A stretch of 64,000 nt of DNA, taken from IMG/VR virus record IMGVR_UViG_2925891887_000001, one strand, 5' to 3'. The position numbers and the translations under genes were made by a program. The stretch is from a virus. Lineage: Duplodnaviria > Heunggongvirae > Uroviricota > Caudoviricetes. Under the pieces are notes generated by a model. The model ran no database searches. It was given only the letters and a program-made list of their open reading frames with translations, and was not told where the DNA came from. Positions 38,333 to 46,490 of the stretch are shown here, one piece after another (the stretch's first letter is position 1; every line of letters begins with the position of its first letter).

Positions 38333-38652
38333 ACACAACAGGTAAGAGCATTGGGCGAATCGGCGATACTGACCCACAAGGCCGTAAATCGATAGAGTCA
38401 GACCAGTGCTCTTACCGTTGTGAGGAAGTGCAGCTCTTTGAAGCAACCAGAAGATAAGCATCTGGCTTCACAACACAACGATAATATCATTACGGTTAAT
38501 CGTCGTTCATGTGCACAATGACTGGTCGAAAGGTAGTGATCTTACCGTTGTGATGAATGCACAGGCTGATGTGCCGCAACTACAGTAGTGCGCGCTTTGC
38601 GGGGCTTGCTACAACCCTGTGTCGGAGTTCAGCACCGACCATCACAATAGCT

Positions 38653-38739
38653 GGAGAGTAGGGAGCATGGTGCTCAAGCGGTCTTGAAAACCGTCCCATT
38701 GTGCAAACGATGATGGTTCGATTCCATTACTCTCCGCCA
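38653..38739 (+). tRNA. tRNA-Ser (anticodon TGA), long variable arm
   Basis: Acceptor GGAGAGT/ACTCTCC, anticodon loop CTTGAAA, T-loop GGTTCGATTCC, encoded CCA. Confidence 0.7.
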
Positions 38740-38894
38740 GACACAGCGTTGAGCGGTTTGGCCTTTTAATCAACTCGATTAAGACTCCGCTAACATAAAC
38801 CAGACCGCTCAACGCTGTGATAGATAATTACGGCAGACGTTCTTAACCATAGCTTGCTAACATCCTAGCAACACTTTTTTCAGCGCAAAATTCA

Positions 38895-38918
38895 AAGGGG
38901 CTTCGGCCCCTTTTTTGT
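38895..38918 (+). terminator. Rho-independent terminator closing the tRNA cluster
   Basis: AAAGGGGC-TTCG-GCCCC hairpin followed by TTTTTTGTT. Confidence 0.75.
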
Positions 38919-38931
38919 TGAACAGTGCAAT

Positions 38932-40194
38932 TTACTTTGCATAGTCGCCCAATTTTAATATTTCGCGCTTATATTCATTAACCATGCTACTGGATTCAGT
39001 ATAAATTCGATTTAAAAGATTATCGTTATCTTTATTTTCATTTATCTTAATTAGTGCTAATTTATATTCATAGTCATCAAATGCCACAATTAAATGGTGG
39101 CCTGGGATTATATCTTCGTCACTCTTAAAGTATATATCTTCAAGTATGTAATCTAGTTGATTAGATTTTCTTTTCTCGATGTAATCTTCAGCCATAGCTA
39201 TTACATCATTCCTGTCATTTAACCTGTTTTTTTCGGAAGGCACATCTTCGTAATGTTGCACGATTGAACAACCAATAAGGCGTGGGATGTAAACGTCAAA
39301 ATGAGTAACTCTATCATTCGCGGTTTTAAGTAGTTCCTCAAAGTAGTTTCTTACATGTAAAGGCAACTTCTCAAAGTAATCATTAATTATAGGAGAACAA
39401 GGAGTTTTATAATTCATAAGAACCGACGGTACGAGCTTTGGGTGTCGAAACATCCAGTCCCTTTTAACGTCCGATGGAACATAATAACTTTTAATGATAT
39501 TATCAAAATAATTTATCATTCGAGATTTGAATATTTTGTTGAATCTAAGGTTTATGAATGTATCCAGATAAGGCATATTTGAATAAGCATCATCAAAAAA
39601 TATTTCATCATTGAAAAAATCATATTTATTCAATAAACAACACAGTTTTTCCGAATTAATATGTTCACAATAATCGATTTTTAATCCAAAGATAGCAATG
39701 ATCAACTTCATCTGAGGTGGGATTTTAAAAATTAATTGTGACACATACGCTCTTTTTTCCTTGAGACATTCCCCATCAATATAAAATGAACCATCCACAT
39801 ACTCAAATATATTAATAATATGCTTCACATACTGTATTACCTCATGCTGTCTTACCAATGGATAATATAGTCTATGTAACTCATCGCTGTTTAAATTAAT
39901 TTTGTGTTTATCGATAATTTGTTTTGCAAGAAGACATAACTCATCATGTTGATTTAATAAGGAATCAAACCATTGTTTAAATGCACTCTTTCGCATTTCG
40001 AACAATGATTCAGTTGTTAATTGAAGGGCTGAAAAAGCTGCTTTTGCACTTTTTCTCGCTTCGTAGGCATTCCATGCTGTTGCTATAAAAGCAAATGCTG
40101 TAGCCAATGTTCCAACAGTTTGACCATTTAAAACAACCCAATCCCAAAAAATGACGGTGAGCAGTAGTATAATAATGAAAATTAAAAAAGGCAT
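38932..40194 (-). CDS. AT-rich membrane-anchored protein of unknown function (cargo gene)
   Basis: 420-aa ORF, two N-terminal hydrophobic helices, strongly AT-rich, adjacent to tRNAs and an integrase. Confidence 0.55.
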   Translation of the reverse strand: MPFLIFIIILLLTVIFWDWVVLNGQTVGTLATAFAFIATAWNAYEARKSAKAAFSALQLTTESLFEMRKSAFKQWFDSLLNQHDELCLLAKQIIDKHKINLNSDELHRLYYPLVRQHEVIQYVKHIINIFEYVDGSFYIDGECLKEKRAYVSQLIFKIPPQMKLIIAIFGLKIDYCEHINSEKLCCLLNKYDFFNDEIFFDDAYSNMPYLDTFINLRFNKIFKSRMINYFDNIIKSYYVPSDVKRDWMFRHPKLVPSVLMNYKTPCSPIINDYFEKLPLHVRNYFEELLKTANDRVTHFDVYIPRLIGCSIVQHYEDVPSEKNRLNDRNDVIAMAEDYIEKRKSNQLDYILEDIYFKSDEDIIPGHHLIVAFDDYEYKLALIKINENKDNDNLLNRIYTESSSMVNEYKREILKLGDYAK

Positions 40195-40368
40195 GTATGT
40201 ATTTCACTCTACTAACTATAAAATATTAGGCTAATGTTAACCAAACAATGCCTTAATTAATAGATTGATCGAGGCTTTAATAGCTTTATAATGCAGACTT
40301 TAAAGATAAGTATGCACATACCTATCTTCTTTGTAAGTAAAGTTGCATATCAATTCTATGAGGTAACA

Positions 40369-40614
40369 ATGACGATCACTATCTACGGACGAGATAACTG
40401 CTCATACTGCAAACGTGCGGTCGAGCTGGCGAAGCAACTAAAGGGACATGGCTACGGTGATTATGAGTACATCGACATCACCACTGCCGGTATCGACAAG
40501 GAAAAACTAAGTGAAATTGTTGGTAAACCGGTAGAGACTATCCCCCAAGTGCTGATCGATGGCCAACCGATTGGCGGATACACAGAACTGGCTGCATACG
40601 TCAGCACCCTCTGA
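40369..40614 (+). CDS. glutaredoxin-like protein (NrdH/NrdC-like, CxxC)
   Basis: MTITIYGRDNCSYCKRA... with GAGGT RBS; about 81 aa; followed by a terminator. Confidence 0.7.
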   Translation: MTITIYGRDNCSYCKRAVELAKQLKGHGYGDYEYIDITTAGIDKEKLSEIVGKPVETIPQVLIDGQPIGGYTELAAYVSTL

Positions 40615-40632
40615 TTTTAACGGCTCACAGGA
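40611..40632 (+). terminator. Rho-independent terminator
   Basis: CGGCTC-ACAG-GAGCCG hairpin followed by TTTTTA. Confidence 0.65.
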
Positions 40633-40824
40633 GCCGTTTTTATTCCCACCAAACTCACTCCCGTTTCCCTTAAAATTCAAAAAACAACGTCAAAATGATT
40701 CCATACCTACTATGTATGGAATCATTACTGAAAATGAGTTACTTTTACTCTTGATCCTATAAGAATCTATGCCTAATATACTGTTTACTTATACAGTAAA
40801 TCGGCGTAACTCGGTGATTGTCAT

Positions 40825-41928
40825 ATGAAAAATAGCTTTGACAGAGCACGCGCTGCGGAGAACACCTCAAAAGAGGCGATTGAGTATCTCGAAAGAGCAT
40901 CTCAAATGCAGGCCGTTATGATCTCGCAGGTCAGCAATGACATGAGATTCTCGGACGCATTCATGTTATTCACTCGCTTATCTCTGCTGATAACAAGACG
41001 TCGGCCAGAGATCGCTGTTCATTGTATTTTGATACATGTTTTGCCGCACATTGCCGATGTAAAAGTAAGTGACATTAATAGGTTCATGGTGAACCAACTG
41101 GTCAACCCACTAATACTGGATGGCAAAATTGTTATGGGCCGCCGCGTTTTCTCTCTGATGAAGCAGTTCCTTAGCTGGTGCGCCTTCCAGGGGATGATAG
41201 ACGTGTCACCGTTAAACGATATGTCACTAAACAAAGTTGCCGGTGGCGCAAAGCCCACACCTCGCGAGCGGAAGCTGACCGACGCAGAGGTATGGGTGTT
41301 CTGGAATATATGGGACTACTTCAATGTGTGCGCTGGTACAAAATGGGCGGCCAGGCTGTGTCTTGTATCCGCAAGACGACCTGACGAAGTACTGCGGGCT
41401 AAAAAAAGTGAGTTCAATCTTAAGCGTGGGGTTTGGAATCAAGGCAAGAGGAACAAATCTGCCCGTGAGCATTCGCTGCCTTTAAGCACATTAATGCGCA
41501 CATGTATTGAAGAGTTGTTCGAATACGGTAAAGGCAGCCAGTGGCTCGTGCCTTCGAATAAAAAAATCGGGAAAGACCTTCCTATGTCTAAAGTGGCAAT
41601 AGCCCAGGCATTACGTCGTATCCTGGAACGACCAGAACTGATGGAGCTTGAGCCATTTACACCCCGAGACTTGCGCCGTACTGCGCGTAGTTACTTCCCA
41701 GCATTAGGCATAAGCCAGGAGGTCTCACGCAAAATCATGAACCACAGTCTTGAGGGGATAGATCGAGTCTACGACCGGCACGATTATATGGACGAGATGC
41801 GAGACGCCTTAGAAAGTTTCTCGACGTACATCGCATCAATCGTAGAGCAACCGGATTTAGACGAAATTGACCACAAATTCAAGGGAGATCGTCTATCAAC
41901 AGAGCTTATTCGTGTAAATTTTTCATAG
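40825..41928 (+). CDS. tyrosine recombinase/integrase
   Basis: C-terminal catalytic signature (RDLRRTARSY ... HS..G.DRVYDRHDY); 367 aa. Confidence 0.75.
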   Translation: MKNSFDRARAAENTSKEAIEYLERASQMQAVMISQVSNDMRFSDAFMLFTRLSLLITRRRPEIAVHCILIHVLPHIADVKVSDINRFMVNQLVNPLILDGKIVMGRRVFSLMKQFLSWCAFQGMIDVSPLNDMSLNKVAGGAKPTPRERKLTDAEVWVFWNIWDYFNVCAGTKWAARLCLVSARRPDEVLRAKKSEFNLKRGVWNQGKRNKSAREHSLPLSTLMRTCIEELFEYGKGSQWLVPSNKKIGKDLPMSKVAIAQALRRILERPELMELEPFTPRDLRRTARSYFPALGISQEVSRKIMNHSLEGIDRVYDRHDYMDEMRDALESFSTYIASIVEQPDLDEIDHKFKGDRLSTELIRVNFS

Positions 41929-42309
41929 AGACTTTATGGCCTCAACAACCTTTTGTGATGCGCCTTTCTCTTTACCGAATCGCTCGTTATATGCAGCAAG
42001 AACCTGTTTTTCGTCCTCGTTAAGAGGAGCGGTGCCTTCTTTGTATAAAAATGCTGCGAGTTCAGGTTGGCGTTCTTCCAGCACCATCATCATAAGACGA
42101 CTTGGCTCAATACCCAGCGCCAGCGCCAACGGACGAACCTTATCGATAGGCAAAGGAATTTTGCCACTTTTAATTAAAGAAAGGTTGTTGGCATTTTTAT
42201 AACCAATAAGTCTGGCTATTTGGGCCTGACTCATAGGTGAGGATTCAATCAGCCCTGCGATAAAAGCGGCATAGCGACTTTCTATAAATTCAATCTTGTT
42301 GTCAGACAT
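41923..42309 (-). CDS. HTH (XRE-family) transcriptional regulator
   Basis: Helix-turn-helix segment QAQIARLIGYKNANNLSLIKSGK; divergent from 42560..42772 across an AT-rich intergenic region. Confidence 0.65.
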   Translation of the reverse strand: MSDNKIEFIESRYAAFIAGLIESSPMSQAQIARLIGYKNANNLSLIKSGKIPLPIDKVRPLALALGIEPSRLMMMVLEERQPELAAFLYKEGTAPLNEDEKQVLAAYNERFGKEKGASQKVVEAIKSL

Positions 42310-42559
42310 TGTTACAACCTTTGCGCGTTCAATTCTCTCTGGTAAGTGCTTACCGATATTACATCAAAGGTTAGGGTTGTAAAGCTATTATCATTTTTTC
42401 GATAGGCACTTAAAAGACCGGTTAAAGGCCATTGCACGGAGAAAAATTAGCCCAAAACAGGTAAGAAAATTAACTTGCATATGATATGAATGTATTCAGT
42501 ATTGATATAAATTTTAGTAGTATTCCTTACCATAGTATAAGTTAGAATGGATTGATTGA

Positions 42560-42772
42560 ATGAACACCACTATTTCCAGCCTAATCGCTCTTGAGATCGG
42601 ACACGTACAGAAATTAGCTGATGAGTGTGTAGCTGACATCCTCACCGATCTACCGAATGAGCAGATTCAGGTTGGTGTGAATGACACAACTGGCTTTATA
42701 TTCGAACTTAACAACAAACGCTTCACGCTTCTCAATATCGGCTCCGGGTCTTTAGCCGTCAGAATCTGTTAA
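42560..42772 (+). CDS. hypothetical small protein
   Basis: 70-aa ORF divergent from the HTH regulator gene. Confidence 0.4.
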   Translation: MNTTISSLIALEIGHVQKLADECVADILTDLPNEQIQVGVNDTTGFIFELNNKRFTLLNIGSGSLAVRIC

Positions 42773-42870
42773 CCCCTCTTCTCCCTGCGCGAATGGCTTA
42801 GTTCCCTGTTCGCGCAGTGCTACATTAAACACACTAGTAAATAATTTGTTTTCATAACAAAGGATTAGCC

Positions 42871-44979
42871 ATGTCTAAAAAACGTTCCATCAAAGAGGTT
42901 CAGGACTTCCGTGACAGTGTAAAACGAGTAGTCGCTCTCCTTTCAGGTAAAAACATCCCTGTTGCAGAACGAGGGGACGACGCTTATGTACGCTATAACG
43001 ATGATGGAGAGCCAATTCTCGTAAACATCCCATCAATCCCGGATAACGCAACACCGGCATTGATGAATGCTGTGCGCGGATTTCTCGATCATGAGGTTGC
43101 TCACATTTTGTTTACCGATATTCGTGTGTCCAACAAAATGAGAGAAAAAGGACGCGTTCCTTCCTGGTCGCTATGGAATGCCTTAGAAGACGTGTTCATC
43201 GAGCGAAAAATGGGTCAGGTCTTTAACGGAACAAGACGTAATCTGATGGCAACTCAGCGCCTTATAATCGAAAAAGTCTTTAAACCAAAGGCTTCAGAGG
43301 CTATTGCTTATTGTGGCAAAGATCAGCGCGCGCTTTTTCTAAACTTCTTTCTCTGTCCGGTTGTAAGAGCCTGGGATGGCCAAGCACCGTTCGTAGATTT
43401 CATGGATGAACATTGGCCTGTCATTGAGAAACCAATTTCATTATTAAAAGAACATGGTATCGATGTGGCCGTGCGTAACATGTCTTGCACCGAGGATTGT
43501 GTAAAGGTGGCTGCGACCATAGCTAAGATCCTCAAAGACACTGAAAGTGAAAGCAAAGGTAAGGAGTCAGCTCCGGGAAAAACTTCCGATCCTTCAGACG
43601 CTGACCAGACGGATGCCTCTGGAGAAAACAATGAAGACAACGAAGATCATGAGACTCCCTCAGTGTTAGATAATCACAAATCTATCAAATCAGAATCACA
43701 TAGTAAGTACAAACATGATAATAACAACAGTGATGATTCAGATAATTCTGAATCATCAGAAACAATATTCGATGATACAGAAAATGATAAAGAGGTATCA
43801 GATTCTGATGCTTCTGATAACGCGGCGTCAGAATCATTAACCGCTGACCACGAAAAAAGAAAAACGACAGAAGACGGCTCTTCAGATATCCCAACTCCGT
43901 CAAAAATGAGTCTGGAAGAGGCTTTAGAGGAGCTGGATAGCATAGAAGATGAAGTCGGAGGCATGACAGAAGATGCTCTATCCGAAACGATTAAAAGCGA
44001 GTTAACAGAAAGCTCGAAAAGCGAATACAGGCCATACAATCGCTCATACGACTTCATCGGCTCGATTGATCAGGCAGAAGCCCATATCAAACGGCTTATT
44101 AAAACATTCTCCGATATTGATTTGGGAGGATATCCAATCAGCCGCTATCGCATCGTTCCTGAAGGCAACCAGCTCTTCGACAAATATATTGAAAAGCATC
44201 TTTCGTCAGGTGTTTCGTCGACGCTGGCAAAAGACCTGGAGCGAGCAATAGCAAGCAGAAACAGAGTTCAGTTTATACCGGGCCAGCGTCGGGGGCGCAT
44301 TCATGGTTCTAGTATCTACAGATTAGCAATGAATGATGCTCGCGTGTTTCGTAAAAAAGAAGAATCTAAAGCCGTTAACGCCTGTGTTCAACAAGTGATT
44401 GATTTATCAGGTTCAATGAGTGGTATAACGATTAAACTGGCTCTTGCAAGTGCATATACCATCGCCGATGCCCTTGATCGAATAAATGTTCCCAACATTA
44501 TCACTGGCTTCACTACATTTGGTAGTCATATGGCGGCAGGAGAACTTAAGGCTGTCAAGTATGAGTTCTCTCGCTTTGAATCTTTAATGCTACCTATCAT
44601 CAAAAATTGGAATGAAAAGGTAAATTCTCGCGAAGTTCGCTCACGTATGGGGTGCGTAGGCTACACATTCCCACTTCTTAATAACGTGGATGGTGAAAGC
44701 ATAGCCAGCCTTGCATCGTTATTTTCCGGTCGCATGGAGGACAGGAAGATCATGCTTGTTCTGAGTGATGGCGCGCCGTGGGCTGTTGGGAGAGGTTTTG
44801 ACGCTCATTTGCGTTCAGTTGCGAAGCAAATTGAAACGCAGACTGATATTGATTTGATGGCAATTGGCATCATGACTGACGCACCGGAGAGATTTTACTC
44901 AAATCATGCCCTGGTAACGAGCGTTGATAGTCTTGGTTCATCTGTAGTTACTGAACTATCTCGTATCATTTTAAAGTGA
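42871..44979 (+). CDS. von Willebrand factor A (vWA) domain protein with acidic Asp/Glu/Ser-rich linker (CobT-like)
   Basis: MIDAS motif DLSGSMSG in the C-terminal part; long acidic low-complexity segment; paired with the downstream AAA+ gene. Confidence 0.65.
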   Translation: MSKKRSIKEVQDFRDSVKRVVALLSGKNIPVAERGDDAYVRYNDDGEPILVNIPSIPDNATPALMNAVRGFLDHEVAHILFTDIRVSNKMREKGRVPSWSLWNALEDVFIERKMGQVFNGTRRNLMATQRLIIEKVFKPKASEAIAYCGKDQRALFLNFFLCPVVRAWDGQAPFVDFMDEHWPVIEKPISLLKEHGIDVAVRNMSCTEDCVKVAATIAKILKDTESESKGKESAPGKTSDPSDADQTDASGENNEDNEDHETPSVLDNHKSIKSESHSKYKHDNNNSDDSDNSESSETIFDDTENDKEVSDSDASDNAASESLTADHEKRKTTEDGSSDIPTPSKMSLEEALEELDSIEDEVGGMTEDALSETIKSELTESSKSEYRPYNRSYDFIGSIDQAEAHIKRLIKTFSDIDLGGYPISRYRIVPEGNQLFDKYIEKHLSSGVSSTLAKDLERAIASRNRVQFIPGQRRGRIHGSSIYRLAMNDARVFRKKEESKAVNACVQQVIDLSGSMSGITIKLALASAYTIADALDRINVPNIITGFTTFGSHMAAGELKAVKYEFSRFESLMLPIIKNWNEKVNSREVRSRMGCVGYTFPLLNNVDGESIASLASLFSGRMEDRKIMLVLSDGAPWAVGRGFDAHLRSVAKQIETQTDIDLMAIGIMTDAPERFYSNHALVTSVDSLGSSVVTELSRIILK

Positions 44980-45074
44980 ACAAAACAGCCTTAACGATAA
45001 GTAACCACTTACGATATATAATGATATATTTATATAAGAAGTTGAACGCTCATTAGAGAACAAAGGAAAAACGC

Positions 45075-46310
45075 ATGACGACTACTGCACTGCAAAATGA
45101 AAAAAATCCTTCTGATTACCTTGTTTGCAAGTGGTGCGGCAAATCATTTCACTATTTTAAGTCCCATGTAGCCAATGGTAATTGCGAGGGCATTCCTGAG
45201 TCAGTAAAAGATGCCGATCCTGACACCGTACTGAAAATGTACACAACGCAGTTTCCAGATGAACCAACGCTATCGAAAAAGGCACTTGATGCAATTCAAG
45301 CTAAACGTGCCGAGCAAAAAAGCGAAATGGCCAAATCTTCTGGCTTGACCAGTAGCCCTGGCTACACAGGCACAGTTGAGTACAAGACAGATCTGGTCGC
45401 AGCTCACGAACTGCTAAACGTAACAGTGGAAGAACTCGGAACAAAACGTGGGACGCCGCTCATGGTTAGCGTCAACGTCAATACGCCGTATCCAGAGTTC
45501 GTTCCCGAAGTGAAGAAAGGCTACGTATATGGCGACTTCGAACTGATCAAAGATATTTTCATGATGCTTGAACTTGGCATACCTGGCTATTTGTGGGGTC
45601 ATGCAGGAACAGGCAAATCGTCATTGCCTACACAGCTATGTGCTTTGCTCAATCGTCCGTTGATCCGTGCCCAACATACAGCATCAATGGAAGAGGCACA
45701 TGTTACGGGGCAAATTCTGGCGCGTGATGGCTCTACGTATTTCGAACCTGGCTTGCTTGCGCTCGCAATGAAGCATGGCTGGGTTTACCTCGCGGATGAA
45801 TACGACTTTGCGTTTCCACAAATTCTTGGCGTGTATCAGCCAGTGCTGGAAGGTGAAGCGTTGGTCATCAAAGAGGCAACTCCAGAATGGCGTCGCATTA
45901 CTCCGCATGAACGGTTTGCTTTCATTGGCACTGGCAACACGAACGGATCTGGTGATGAAACCGGCTTGTACCAGGGTACAAACATCCAGAACGCCGCGAA
46001 CTTTTCGCGTTTTGGCATCGTTTCGAATGTGAAATACATGAGCAAAGACGCAGAGATCAACATGTTGACAAATGCAGGCATCGTGGATGAATACGCTGAA
46101 AAGATGGTTAAGTTTGCCGGTATCGTTCGCGATGGATACGAAGAACACCTCATTAGTCAGCCAATTGGCCCTCGTGAACTTTTGTTGTCGGCCAAGATTG
46201 GAATGATGCGAGGCGACTTTGTGACAGGTATTGAGCGTTCTTTCATTAACAAACTCCCTTCAGCTTCTGCACAAGCGGCTCGTGAAGTTGTTCAAAAAAT
46301 ATTTGGTTAA
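45075..46310 (+). CDS. MoxR/CobS-like AAA+ ATPase
   Basis: Walker A GHAGTGKSSL, Walker B-like VYLADEYD; 411 aa. Confidence 0.65.
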   Translation: MTTTALQNEKNPSDYLVCKWCGKSFHYFKSHVANGNCEGIPESVKDADPDTVLKMYTTQFPDEPTLSKKALDAIQAKRAEQKSEMAKSSGLTSSPGYTGTVEYKTDLVAAHELLNVTVEELGTKRGTPLMVSVNVNTPYPEFVPEVKKGYVYGDFELIKDIFMMLELGIPGYLWGHAGTGKSSLPTQLCALLNRPLIRAQHTASMEEAHVTGQILARDGSTYFEPGLLALAMKHGWVYLADEYDFAFPQILGVYQPVLEGEALVIKEATPEWRRITPHERFAFIGTGNTNGSGDETGLYQGTNIQNAANFSRFGIVSNVKYMSKDAEINMLTNAGIVDEYAEKMVKFAGIVRDGYEEHLISQPIGPRELLLSAKIGMMRGDFVTGIERSFINKLPSASAQAAREVVQKIFG

Positions 46311-46490
46311 TCGTGCGTAAAGGATGTTTCGGCTCTCTTATCGCTGCTTCTGAAACTGGTAAGGCTTGTCTGGTGTGTCCAGACAAGCCCGATTGTCACC
46401 AATCAGCAAAAGAAGTTGCGATTTCGATGCATGGGAAGTTCGTAGGCTTCCCCAATGACAAAATCAAAAAAACCAGAAAGGTAAAAACAC

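Noticed and set aside
38033-38461. Four short ORFs (38033..38215, 38112..38294, 38240..38461, 38272..38457)
   Set aside because: They overlap the tRNA-Asn, tRNA-Tyr and tRNA-Thr genes on both strands; stable RNA sequence explains the open frames.
43323-44057. Minus-strand ORFs (43323..43640, 43674..44057, 43685..43903) within the vWA gene
   Set aside because: They arise opposite the Asp/Ser/Glu-rich repetitive linker of the vWA protein; repeat-induced open frames.
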